Source of the DNA: Desulfurivibrionaceae bacterium
GTDB lineage: Bacteria; Desulfobacterota; Desulfobulbia; Desulfobulbales; UBA5123
Reading direction: 5' to 3'
Assembly: GCA_030145325.1 (NCBI GenBank)
Contig: JAQYVW010000001.1
Coordinates: forward strand, 15,331-79,330
Length of the DNA stretch: 64,000 nucleotides
The notes under the pieces are model-generated. The model was given only the letters and a program-made list of their open reading frames with translations, did no database searches and was not told where the DNA came from. Below, one piece after another: positions 36,314 through 45,526 of this stretch (position 1 is the first letter of the stretch; each line of letters begins with the position of its first letter). The position numbers and the translations under genes are program-made.

Positions 36314-36520
36314 GATCTTAGCCTCCGCCGAAAAAAAGGTATATCTTATCTATCGGCATGGGTGGGGCAAAGGTTTAAGAAAAGTGGTCGTTTCTTCTTG
36401 CGGAAATGAACAAGGGGATACTCTCCTTCTGGAGTATTTCGGAGGTGAAGGGCTTCACAGCATAACCGTTCACCCCTGCCATGTTCACATCAGAGATGGT
36501 AAAATTAAAATTATGCACCC

Positions 36521-37330
36521 TTAACTGCTCAGTGGCACCAGCTCGATGTCTCCCCATGCCCCCATCTGTTGATCTCTGATGATCACTACCCCTTCAAGCC
36601 CTACAATGGTTTTAGCTAAGGCTAAGGCGTGGTTGATGTCGCCTGAATCCTTGACTTCGTTGCCAAGGCGGGTGGCGGCGGCATCGGCCAGGCAGGTGTC
36701 GGTGGCCAGGACGGTTACCGCGTCGGCCTGGCCCAAGCTTAGAGAGTGGCCGATTCGGCCCGACGAAGTACAGACGCCAAGGGGCATCCGCTGGGCGTTG
36801 ATACGGATGCCCACCTTGTTGCTGTGTGGGGAGGTGCCGGCAAAGATACCCACCACGCATTCCTGCTGGCGGTGCAAAAAGATGTCGCCGCCATTTTCCA
36901 CCACCACTTCGGTGCTTCCTTTTGCTAGGAGGCCGCGACCGACAAATTCGGCGATGGCTCCTGCCACTGCCGCCATGGGGCCGACTTTGGCAGCGGTGGC
37001 GGCCTGGTGCATGGCCTTGATAATGGGTGGTAGTAACAGTGAGTTGTTGGTGAGCGGGGTAAGGGAGGTGAGAAAGTCGTGGTTGCTGGCGATATGATTT
37101 TCCAGTTGCCCGCGGTATTGGAATATGAGGTTGGCTGCTTCTTCGCTGAGGTCGGTGGCAGCTAAGATATGCAGGTCTGTTTCCCGAACCTTGACCTCGA
37201 AAGAGTTAAGGTTGCCTGCGGCAACGCGGCGGCGATAAGTACGCTCTTGGTAGGAATTTGGGTCGGGTTTTTGTTTTTTATGTTTTTGGGTGGTCATGTT
37301 TTGTTTTCTTGGCTCGCGTGGGAGTTTCAT
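36521..37330 (-). CDS. UPF0280-family (ApbE-like) protein
   Basis: 269 aa. YQERTYRRRV...FEVKVRETDLHI and GPMAAVAGAIAEFVG...VVENGGDIFL match the UPF0280 pattern by eye. Confidence 0.68.
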   Translation of the reverse strand: MKLPREPRKQNMTTQKHKKQKPDPNSYQERTYRRRVAAGNLNSFEVKVRETDLHILAATDLSEEAANLIFQYRGQLENHIASNHDFLTSLTPLTNNSLLLPPIIKAMHQAATAAKVGPMAAVAGAIAEFVGRGLLAKGSTEVVVENGGDIFLHRQQECVVGIFAGTSPHSNKVGIRINAQRMPLGVCTSSGRIGHSLSLGQADAVTVLATDTCLADAAATRLGNEVKDSGDINHALALAKTIVGLEGVVIIRDQQMGAWGDIELVPLSS

Positions 37331-37469
37331 AAAAAGGATGGGGCGGGCTTTAGGTTGTCATGCTATGTTTTGTTCTTGAACGACTCGCTTATGTGAATCC
37401 AGCATTCTTCTCAAAGACATGTTAGCCCTTGAGTAACTTCGGGCAAGTATTTTTTGCTGATAAACGGTA

Positions 37470-38114
37470 ATGGTTGCGACGAAATTGCAAACTTTAGATA
37501 AGTTGATTCTCTTTACCCGTTATCCTGAGCCGGGGGTGGTTAAAACTCGTTTGATTCCAACCTTGGGCGCGGCAGGGGCAGCGGAGTTGCAACGACGGAT
37601 GACTGAGGCGGCTGCTGCTCAGGCGGAAGTTTTTGCTGAGGGGCGGCGGGGGCGTTTTGAAATTCGTTATGATGGCGGCGAACCAGGGATGATTTCTCAG
37701 TGGCTGGCGCCAGTTGCGCCCAGTGGCTGTTTCAGGCCACAGGGAAGCGGTGATCTGGGCCAGCGTATGGAGCGGGCCGTGGCTCAGGCCTTTGCTGAGG
37801 GAAGCAAGCGGGTTGTCTTGCTGGGCTGCGATTGCCCGGCCATGTCGGCGGTGATTATGGCCCAGGCCTTTGAGGCGTTGGGCGATCATGATCTGGTGAT
37901 CGGGCCAGCCCTTGACGGTGGTTATTATCTGCTTGGTCTCACCGCACCGCAGCCTTTTTTATTCACCAATATGGAGTGGGGGGGGGAGAAAGTTTTAGCT
38001 CGCACCCTTGAACGCGCCCACGCCTCGTCCTTAGAGGTTTTTCTGCTGGAGTCCCTTGCCGATGTCGATCGTCCCGAAGACCTCTGTCATTTCCATCGTT
38101 ATTCCAACCCTTAA
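37470..38114 (+). CDS. DUF2064 (TIGR04282-like) glycosyltransferase-fold protein
   Basis: 214 aa. Motifs: LILFTRYPEPGVVKTRLIPTLG, LLGCDCP and DGGYYLLG. Confidence 0.7.
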   Translation: MVATKLQTLDKLILFTRYPEPGVVKTRLIPTLGAAGAAELQRRMTEAAAAQAEVFAEGRRGRFEIRYDGGEPGMISQWLAPVAPSGCFRPQGSGDLGQRMERAVAQAFAEGSKRVVLLGCDCPAMSAVIMAQAFEALGDHDLVIGPALDGGYYLLGLTAPQPFLFTNMEWGGEKVLARTLERAHASSLEVFLLESLADVDRPEDLCHFHRYSNP

Positions 38115-38766
38115 TGCGGCATCTCGGCTTGGTGAGACCCTTGCTGCGGTTATGGCGGTGCCGGGGGTGGAAGTGGTGCTGGTTGATGGCGGCAGCACTG
38201 ATCAAACCGTGGCCATAGCCAAGTCATATGGGGTGCAGGCGCTGGTTAGCGAACCGGGTCGAGCTCGCCAGATGAATGTGGGCGCGGCGGCGGTTGGGGG
38301 TGATGTTCTTCTTTTTCTGCATGGAGATACGGTGTTGCCGGTTGGTTTTGCCCATATGGTGCGGGAGACGATGAGCGAGTTGGGGGTTGCGGCGGGGGCT
38401 TTTCGGCTTTCTTTTGATGCCTCGAGTCTACCCTTAGCAGCCATTGCCTGGGGCGCCAATCTCCGTTCTCGCTGGTTACAGATGCCATATGGCGACCAAG
38501 CCCTTTTTTTGAGTAAGGAGCTGTTTTTAGCCAGGGGAGGTTTTCCAGAGATGGCGATTCTTGAGGATCTTGCTCTGGTGAGAAATCTGAAACGGCACGG
38601 AAGGGTAGTTATTAGACCGGAGGCGGTGGTTACTGCTGCGAGGCGGTGGCAACAGCGGGGCATGGTTGCCCAGACCTTACGCAATCAGCTGATTTTAATT
38701 GGCTTTTTTCTCGGTGTTTCCCTTGATCGCCTTGCTGGTTGGTATGGGCTGGGCGAGGATGGCTGA
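38056..38766 (+). CDS. family 2 glycosyltransferase (TIGR04283-like)
   Basis: 236 aa. Motifs: SIVIPTLNAA, VLVDGGSTD and LFLHGDT. The start is uncertain because the listed ATG overlaps the previous gene by 59 nt. Confidence 0.72.
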   Translation: MPMSIVPKTSVISIVIPTLNAASRLGETLAAVMAVPGVEVVLVDGGSTDQTVAIAKSYGVQALVSEPGRARQMNVGAAAVGGDVLLFLHGDTVLPVGFAHMVRETMSELGVAAGAFRLSFDASSLPLAAIAWGANLRSRWLQMPYGDQALFLSKELFLARGGFPEMAILEDLALVRNLKRHGRVVIRPEAVVTAARRWQQRGMVAQTLRNQLILIGFFLGVSLDRLAGWYGLGEDG

Positions 38767-39270
38767 GATGGCGGGTTTCTTGGGGATAAAACGGTGGCGA
38801 AGATCATTGTCACGGATCATGGTCAGCATGTATTTTGAGCAGTTGGCAAGATAAGGGGTGGTCAGTGAGCCACTGAAGAAGGAGCGTGGCCCGGCCACGA
38901 AGCCGGATAGGATCATAAACATCAGGGTGCTTAAGAAAACCGCTTTGGCCAGCCCGAAAAGGCCGCCCATGGCCCGATCAAACCAGCCGAGAAGGGTGAT
39001 GCTGACAACTTTTTTGAGCCCTTTGCCCAGCAGCATGATCAGCAGGTAGGTGGCGATAAAGAGTAGGACGTAGGTGAGTAAGAAGCTTGCTTGTGGGTTA
39101 GGGATCACCGGCAGCAGCAGGTGGCCGAGCTTGGCGTAAAAGGTACCGGCGGCAAAAAAGCCCAAGGGGAGCGCGATCAGAAAGGCAATTTGGCCGATGA
39201 GGCCGACCCAAATGCCACGGGCCAGGAAGAGCAGGATGATGATGAGGATAATGGCGTCAAAGGCAGTCAT
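38695..39270 (-). CDS. cvpA: CvpA-family membrane protein
   Basis: The start is set at MTAFDAIILIIILLFLARGIWVG (ATG 39270). The protein has four TM segments typical of CvpA. The longer listed ORF adds a non-hydrophobic 63-aa extension. Confidence 0.75.
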   Translation of the reverse strand: MTAFDAIILIIILLFLARGIWVGLIGQIAFLIALPLGFFAAGTFYAKLGHLLLPVIPNPQASFLLTYVLLFIATYLLIMLLGKGLKKVVSITLLGWFDRAMGGLFGLAKAVFLSTLMFMILSGFVAGPRSFFSGSLTTPYLANCSKYMLTMIRDNDLRHRFIPKKPAISAILAQPIPTSKAIKGNTEKKAN

Positions 39271-39402
39271 GGTTTTTTGCAGCTTGTTGATGGTGAATTT
39301 ATGGAAAGTTGTTTGCCGAGTAGGTGTATCATCTAATACTTGGTTCTGTTGAAAATTCAAGACTATTTTCACCTCAGTTGCTGAGGTCATGAAGGGAGAA
39401 GA

Positions 39403-40185
39403 TTGGTGTTGCTGATTGAGGATTTTCTTGCCACCGGGCGCGGTGATGCGCTTCGCCAACTGCCGGTATTTGCGGCGGGTTGCGCGGTTTCGCGTCTGCG
39501 GTTGGATGATCTTGCCGTCCGCTGCGAGGCTGAGGGCGAAGAAGAGGTCGCCAATCTGTATCTTTGCCGGAGTGAATTGCTACAGTGGCGGGGCTTTTAC
39601 TTGCCCAGGCGGCGGCTGGAATGGTTGGGGGGCCGCATTGCTGCCAAAGATGCGTCCTTGCGCTGGGGTGGCGTTGCCGCCGGAGAGCGGGACTGGCAGC
39701 AATGGCAACTGGCAAAGTTACCTTCTGGGCGTCCTGAATTGGTTGCCGGCGTGGCACCGCTACCGGAAATCTCCATTTCTCATAGCGCTGATCAGGTGGT
39801 GGCCATCTCCATGGCAAATCGCTGCGGGGTCGATATCCAGCAGCGACGTGATTCGTTATTGCGGGTCAAATCCCGTTTTTGTCAGCAGAGCGAGGAGGTC
39901 CACCTCTTAGCCAGCCTCGGCGAGGTGGATGATATTTCTCGGCTGGCCCTACTCTGGTCAGCCAAGGAGGCGATCAGAAAGGCGGTGCCGGTGACGGTGT
40001 TGCCTGCCTTTGGGGAAATGGAACTTATGGCCGTGCGCGGCTTAACCCATGGCTTGATGATTTTTGAATGTTGTTTTCGGCGTGATAACCAGAGCTTGCC
40101 ACTTGAGGTCGCGGTCGTTCTTGACGGTGATTATGCGGTGGCGCTGGTTGCCATTCCCACTGGCAAAAAATTGGGAGAAAAATGA
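39403..40185 (+). CDS. 4'-phosphopantetheinyl transferase family protein
   Basis: Motifs ISISHSADQVVAI, GVDIQ and WSAKEAIRKA. The start is probably TTG 39403 or GTG 39406, after AGGGAG. Confidence 0.65.
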   Translation: MVLLIEDFLATGRGDALRQLPVFAAGCAVSRLRLDDLAVRCEAEGEEEVANLYLCRSELLQWRGFYLPRRRLEWLGGRIAAKDASLRWGGVAAGERDWQQWQLAKLPSGRPELVAGVAPLPEISISHSADQVVAISMANRCGVDIQQRRDSLLRVKSRFCQQSEEVHLLASLGEVDDISRLALLWSAKEAIRKAVPVTVLPAFGEMELMAVRGLTHGLMIFECCFRRDNQSLPLEVAVVLDGDYAVALVAIPTGKKLGEK

Positions 40186-40874
40186 TGAGTATCAAAGAGA
40201 GTCTTGCCGCTGTGCCCCTCTTTAAAGGGCTTTCTGAACAGCAGTATGATGAGCTGGCGATGGTGGTGGTGGATCAAGAATTCGCTCGGGGGAGAACCAT
40301 CTTTTCCGAGGGTGACGATGGGGTCGGCTTTTATGTGATTATCTCCGGGCAGGTTAAGATCTACAAATTATCCCCGGAAGGTAAGGAGCAGATTCTGCAT
40401 GTTTTTGGCGCGGGTGAGCCCTTTGCCGAGGCCGCTGTGTTTGCCGGTTCCTCCTACCCGGCCCATGCCATGGCCCTTAAAAACAGTCGGGTCTTTTTTA
40501 TTCCGCGCTCGGCATTCCGGGAACTGATCAAGGATAACCCGTCGCTGGCCATGAACATGATGGCCTCTCTTTCCATGCGCCTCAAACGCTTTGCCCATAT
40601 GATCGAGGATCTTTCCCTCAAGGAAGTGCCGGGACGGTTGGCTGCTCACCTCCTCTATCTGGGCAACGAGCAGGGCGGTGCTAGTGACGAGGTGGAATTA
40701 CAGATCGGCAAGGCCCACCTGGCCAGTCTGCTGGGCACCATCCCTGAGACTTTGTCGCGGATCCTCACCCGGATGCAAAAGCAAGGCTTTATCGATTCTG
40801 CAGGCAAGAGTGTGCAGTTGCTTGATCGGCAAGGGCTTGAAGAATTGGCCACCGGAGAACGGCGCTTAGGGTGA
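40182..40874 (+). CDS. Crp/Fnr-family transcriptional regulator
   Basis: A cNMP-binding-like N-terminal domain (GDDGVGFYVIISGQVKIY) and a C-terminal HTH (LASLLGTIPETLSRILTRM). An ATGA overlap links it to the PPTase gene. Confidence 0.85.
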   Translation: MMSIKESLAAVPLFKGLSEQQYDELAMVVVDQEFARGRTIFSEGDDGVGFYVIISGQVKIYKLSPEGKEQILHVFGAGEPFAEAAVFAGSSYPAHAMALKNSRVFFIPRSAFRELIKDNPSLAMNMMASLSMRLKRFAHMIEDLSLKEVPGRLAAHLLYLGNEQGGASDEVELQIGKAHLASLLGTIPETLSRILTRMQKQGFIDSAGKSVQLLDRQGLEELATGERRLG

Positions 40875-41001
40875 GTTGTGGAGCTGTTTTTATCACCGCT
40901 CGCGGCAATTTTCTGTCCGGGCAAAAAAGTGTAGGCTTTCCTCACAGATTAGAATTTTTGTTATTTGCATTATCTTTCTTTTAACGGAGGGTGGCATCTG
41001 T

Positions 41002-41547
41002 ATGGTACATTCAAAACTTAAAATTATTCTCACCGGCTATCGTGCCTGTGGCAAGAGTTTGGTGGGGCGGTTATTGGCCCAACGGCTGGGTTTTGATTTT
41101 CTTGATATGGATAAGGAAATTGAGGCGCGGGAGGATTGTTCTATTAGCGAAATGGTGGCCGCCCATGGCTGGCCATATTTCCGGGAGTGCGAACGGAAGT
41201 TGCTTGAGGAACTTGTTGACCGTGAAGGGCTGGTGGTGGCCACCGGCGGCGGGGCGATTCTTCATGAGGAGGTTTGGTCGCGGTTGCAAGTGAGCGGGCT
41301 GGTGGTTTGGCTCAGCGCCGACACCGCAACCATTGCTGCTCGTCTTGCCGCTGATGCGGTAAGTGCAGGGCAACGACCTTCCCTCACCGGTGATTCCATC
41401 ACCCTGGAGATCGAATCGGTGTTGGCTGAGCGATTGCCCCTGTACGAAAAGGGTTCGCATTTACGCATCGACACCGGTAGCCGTCGGCCGGCGGAGATTG
41501 TTGAGGTTGTTGTGTCGGCTTGGCAAGCAAAAAACCACATTCAATAA
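41002..41547 (+). CDS. aroK: shikimate kinase
   Basis: The start is set at MVHSKLKIILTGYRACGKS (P-loop), preceded by GGAGGG. FLDMD and ATGGG motifs are present. Confidence 0.85.
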   Translation: MVHSKLKIILTGYRACGKSLVGRLLAQRLGFDFLDMDKEIEAREDCSISEMVAAHGWPYFRECERKLLEELVDREGLVVATGGGAILHEEVWSRLQVSGLVVWLSADTATIAARLAADAVSAGQRPSLTGDSITLEIESVLAERLPLYEKGSHLRIDTGSRRPAEIVEVVVSAWQAKNHIQ

Positions 41548-41573
41548 ATTATAGCGCAGAAGGAAAGATAAGC

Positions 41574-42656
41574 ATGGCAGGTAATACATTCGGCTCGGTG
41601 TTCCGGGTCACTACTTGGGGTGAATCCCATGGTACCGCTGTGGGGGCCACCATTGATGGCTGCCCTCCTGGTTTGGAGATCAGTCCTGAGATATTACAAA
41701 AAGAGATGGATCGTCGTAAGCCAGGTGGCGGTGGTGCAGCCAGCCCTCGCAAGGAGCCGGATAAGGTGGAGATTCTCGCCGGGGTATTTGCGGGCAAAAC
41801 CACCGGTACCCCCATTAGTCTCGTCATCTATAATCAGGATGCGCATAGCAAGTCTTATGACAATCTGAAGGATATTTTTCGGCCTGGGCATGGTGATATC
41901 ACCTATCTCAAGAAATATGGGATTCGTGATCATCGCGGCGGCGGTCGTGCTTCGGCTCGGGAGACCGCCGCTCGGGTGGCGGCAGGGGCAGTGGCGAAGA
42001 TTCTTCTTGCTCAGGCCGGAATTAACGTTATTGCTTACACCGTTGCCTTGGGCGGGATTAAGGCCGAAAGGCAGGATGTGGCGACGATGATGGCGGCCAT
42101 CAACGAAAACCGTTTCTATTGCCCTGATCCCGATGCTGCCCAGCGCATGGACGAGAGGGTGGCCGAGGTTAAGGCCCAAGGCGATACCCTGGGCGGCATC
42201 GTCGAAATCATGGCCACCGGCTGTCCGGCGGGGCTGGGCGAACCGGTTTTTGAAAAGCTCGATGGCGTCTTGGCTGGAGCCTTGATGTCCATCGGCGCGG
42301 TGAAGGGGGTGGAGATCGGTTCCGGTTTTGAGGCGGCTGAGCTGACAGGTTCTCAAAACAACGATCCCCTTACTTCTTTGGGTTTTGTCGGCAATAATTC
42401 CGGCGGTATCCTGGCCGGGGTCTCCAGCGGCCAGCCCATTGTTGCCAGGGTGGCAGTAAAACCCATTCCTTCCATTAGCAAAGAACAACACACCGTCAAT
42501 CTTGCCAATGAGCCGGTTTCGATCAAGGTCGGCGGGCGTCACGATATCTCGGCCATTCCCCGCATTATTCCGGTGTGTGAGGCGATGGTGCGGTTGACCT
42601 TGGCGGATTTTCTCCTCCGGCAGCGGGCTATTCGCTGCCAAGACAGTCAGTGGTAG
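41574..42656 (+). CDS. aroC: chorismate synthase
   Basis: The start is set at MAGNTFGSVFRVTTWGESHG. Motifs RRKPGGGGAASPRKEPD and GGGRASARET are present. Confidence 0.95.
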   Translation: MAGNTFGSVFRVTTWGESHGTAVGATIDGCPPGLEISPEILQKEMDRRKPGGGGAASPRKEPDKVEILAGVFAGKTTGTPISLVIYNQDAHSKSYDNLKDIFRPGHGDITYLKKYGIRDHRGGGRASARETAARVAAGAVAKILLAQAGINVIAYTVALGGIKAERQDVATMMAAINENRFYCPDPDAAQRMDERVAEVKAQGDTLGGIVEIMATGCPAGLGEPVFEKLDGVLAGALMSIGAVKGVEIGSGFEAAELTGSQNNDPLTSLGFVGNNSGGILAGVSSGQPIVARVAVKPIPSISKEQHTVNLANEPVSIKVGGRHDISAIPRIIPVCEAMVRLTLADFLLRQRAIRCQDSQW

Positions 42657-42688
42657 AAACAACCCACAGTTAAGGACCAAGGGGCGTT

Positions 42689-44284
42689 ATGGCGGTAAAA
42701 GGGGCAAAAAAAATGATCAAATCAGTCTGGATGGTCACCAGAGAGTACGAAGGGTTGGCCGGAGTGGGCGGCGTCAAGGACGTGTCCCGGCAATTGGCCG
42801 AGGCCCTGGGGCGGGATGGTTGCTCAGTGACGGTGCTCTTGCCCCTGTACGGTTTTATTGATCCCCAGCAACTGGGCTTCAAGCCGTTACGCCACCAAAC
42901 CCTTAACTTGGATATGGACTATGTGGGTGAGGAGCGGCGCGAAACCGTCTTCTTCTGGGAGCGACGGTTGCATAAGGTGCGGGTTTTGCTGGTGGATGGC
43001 GAACGTTTTCGCAACAAGCAGGGCGTTTATACCTACACCGCCGCCGAAGAGGCTGTAAACCCACTGCATGAGCAGGGAAGTGGTCACTTTGACTATTTTG
43101 CGATGAATGTTCTCTTGCAGAAGGCGGCTCTCGACCTGATGCTGGCGCAGGGCAGTCGCCCGGATATCATCCATTGTCATGACGGCCATGCCGCCTTGTT
43201 GCCGGTGATGCTCCGCGAAAAGGAAGGCTACCGGGCTTTTTTTAAAGATACCGGGGTGGTGGTCACCATTCATAATGCTGGGCGAGGGTATCATCAAGAT
43301 GTGGATGATCTCCCCTTTGCCGCTGCGGTTAGCGGCCTGCCGGAGCGGGTTATTGCCGCTAATCTCCTGGAAGGTAATTTTGATCCTTTGCTGGCCGCTT
43401 CCGCCCATGCGGTGATGAATACGGTGAGCGAGAATTACGCCCGCGAGTTGCAGGAGAGCGATGACGATGAAATGACCGGTTTTCTGGGCCATGAGCTTGC
43501 TGGGCGAGGGGTGGTGTTGCATGGGGTGACCAACGGCATTGATCCAGCGATGTTTGATCCCCGTTACCCTAAAAAACTCGGGATTGCCGCCGCCTTTGAG
43601 CCAGCCGTTGGCGATCTGGTTGGAAAGGGGAAATGTCGCCGGGAGATGGTGAAAACACTGGCCGCCGGTGAAATTAATGGCATTCAGCGGAGTGGGTCCC
43701 TGGATTTGCGCACCGATGTGCCTCTTTTTACCTTTGTCGGTCGGCTCACCGCCCAGAAAGGGGTGGATAAACTACTGGATGCCTTAGAGATTCTACTTCC
43801 CCATGATCCTGATTTTCAGATCCTGATCCTGGGTTCCGGCGATAAGGGGCTTGAGGAAGGGTTGGTGCGGTTGTCCGAGCGCAAGAAGAACAAGGGGCGG
43901 ATTTGCGTATTGCGTGGTTACGGGCAGCAACTGGCGGCGCAGATTTATGCCGCCGGGGATTTTTTTGTGATCCCGTCTCGTTATGAGCCCTGTGGGCTAA
44001 CGGATTTTATTGCCCAGCTGCACGGCAATCTGCCCATCGTTCATTATGTTGGCGGGCTGGTCAAGGTGCGGGATGATCTCACCGGCTTTACCTATCGTGA
44101 TCATAGCTCTGCCGCCCTGATGGGTACCATGCAGAAGGCTTTGCGATTGTTTCGCAGCTCCTCTGATAAGATTGTTGCCATGCAACGGGCTGCCATTGCG
44201 GAAATTAATGCCAAGTATACCTGGGATAAAGTCGTGCAACGATATCTTGATCTATATGCTGAAGCCCGCCGCCTGCAGGATTAA
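42689..44284 (+). CDS. glgA: glycogen/starch synthase (GT5)
   Basis: The N-terminal REYEGLAGVGGVKDV matches the KxGGL-type motif. HCHDGHAALLP and the C-terminal GT-B region IPSRYEPCGL are present. The start could instead be 42713. Confidence 0.83.
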   Translation: MAVKGAKKMIKSVWMVTREYEGLAGVGGVKDVSRQLAEALGRDGCSVTVLLPLYGFIDPQQLGFKPLRHQTLNLDMDYVGEERRETVFFWERRLHKVRVLLVDGERFRNKQGVYTYTAAEEAVNPLHEQGSGHFDYFAMNVLLQKAALDLMLAQGSRPDIIHCHDGHAALLPVMLREKEGYRAFFKDTGVVVTIHNAGRGYHQDVDDLPFAAAVSGLPERVIAANLLEGNFDPLLAASAHAVMNTVSENYARELQESDDDEMTGFLGHELAGRGVVLHGVTNGIDPAMFDPRYPKKLGIAAAFEPAVGDLVGKGKCRREMVKTLAAGEINGIQRSGSLDLRTDVPLFTFVGRLTAQKGVDKLLDALEILLPHDPDFQILILGSGDKGLEEGLVRLSERKKNKGRICVLRGYGQQLAAQIYAAGDFFVIPSRYEPCGLTDFIAQLHGNLPIVHYVGGLVKVRDDLTGFTYRDHSSAALMGTMQKALRLFRSSSDKIVAMQRAAIAEINAKYTWDKVVQRYLDLYAEARRLQD

Positions 44285-44425
44285 TTACTAAGGAAATATT
44301 TGACACCCTCGCCAAGATATACGAGCATGTAAAATCATGAAAGCGCGGCCACCCCTAACGACGGGATCCAATTCGGGGTTGTTATAAATTATCTATTTTG
44401 AAATAGAGATGAGGAGGCAGTAGGG

Positions 44426-45433
44426 ATGACAGTAACAGTAGGGATTAACGGCTTTGGCCGGATTGGCAGGAATATCTTTCGAGCCATTGACAAGGATCCG
44501 GTTTTTAAGGATATCGAGATTAAGGCGATCAACGATCTCACTGACAACAATACCTTGGCCCATCTTCTCAAGTATGATTCGGTGATGGGTGTCTATGAGC
44601 GCACCGTTGCCGCCGATGAGCGCGGCATTATTGTTGATGACCGGCATGTGGCAGTTTTCAACCACCGCAATCCGGCTGATATCCCCTGGGGAGATATGGG
44701 GGTTGATTACGTCATTGAGGCCACCGGCCATTTCACCGACGGCGAGAAGGCCAGCGCCCATATCGACGCCGGGGCCAAGAAGGTGGTTATCTCCGCCCCC
44801 GCCAAGGGTAAGGTCAAGACCATCGTCATGGGGGTCAACGAGCATGAGTATGATCCCATGGAGGATCATGTGGTCTCCAACGCTTCCTGCACCACCAACT
44901 GTCTGGCCCCGGTGGCCAAGGTAATCCTTGACCGGTTCGGGATCAAACGGGGTTTGATGACCACTGTCCATGCCTATACCAATGACCAGTCCCTGCTGGA
45001 TTTTCCCCACAGTGACTTGCGTCGGGCTCGGGCGGCAGCGGTGTCGATGATCCCCACCAAGACTGGTGCTGCTGCAGCGGTGGCTCTGGTGCTGCCCGAT
45101 CTCAAAGGTAAGTTCGACGGGATGGCGATCCGGGTGCCCACCCCCAACGTGTCGGTGGTTGATTCGGTGATCGAGGTGGAACGTGAGGTGACGGTGCAAG
45201 AGGTCAATCAGGCCTTGCAGGAAGCGGCCAACCGTTTCCTCGGCTACTCCGACGAGCCGCTGGTCTCCATTGATTATCAGGGCAACCCGCATTCATCGGT
45301 GGTGGATGCCCTTTCCACCAAGGTTCTGGACGGCACCATGATCAAGGTCTTGAGCTGGTATGATAACGAGTGGGGATACTCCAACCGGGTTCTTGACCTG
45401 ATTCTGCTTATGGAGGATCAGAAACCTCTGTAA
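44426..45433 (+). CDS. gap: type I glyceraldehyde-3-phosphate dehydrogenase
   Basis: INGFGRIGRN, the catalytic SNASCTTNCLAP and WYDNEWGYS motifs. AGGAGG precedes the start. Confidence 0.95.
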   Translation: MTVTVGINGFGRIGRNIFRAIDKDPVFKDIEIKAINDLTDNNTLAHLLKYDSVMGVYERTVAADERGIIVDDRHVAVFNHRNPADIPWGDMGVDYVIEATGHFTDGEKASAHIDAGAKKVVISAPAKGKVKTIVMGVNEHEYDPMEDHVVSNASCTTNCLAPVAKVILDRFGIKRGLMTTVHAYTNDQSLLDFPHSDLRRARAAAVSMIPTKTGAAAAVALVLPDLKGKFDGMAIRVPTPNVSVVDSVIEVEREVTVQEVNQALQEAANRFLGYSDEPLVSIDYQGNPHSSVVDALSTKVLDGTMIKVLSWYDNEWGYSNRVLDLILLMEDQKPL

Positions 45434-45526
45434 TTGTCGCAACAGTTTTTTTCTTGAAAGTAAATCCGGCGGGTGGCGGCAACAACGCCACCCGCCGAAC
45501 TATTTCACCTCCCTTCCAGGTTGATC

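Noticed and set aside
35451-36524. Three long + strand ORFs (145, 211 and 210 aa)
   Set aside because: All are antisense or out of frame relative to the Ca-binding-loop protein gene, and none has a start context or motifs.
41694-42680. 328-aa minus-strand ORF
   Set aside because: It is antisense to chorismate synthase and has no motifs.
44393-45292. 299-aa minus-strand ORF
   Set aside because: It lies entirely antisense to the well-supported GAPDH gene. Its His/Gly/Arg-rich composition is typical of shadow ORFs.
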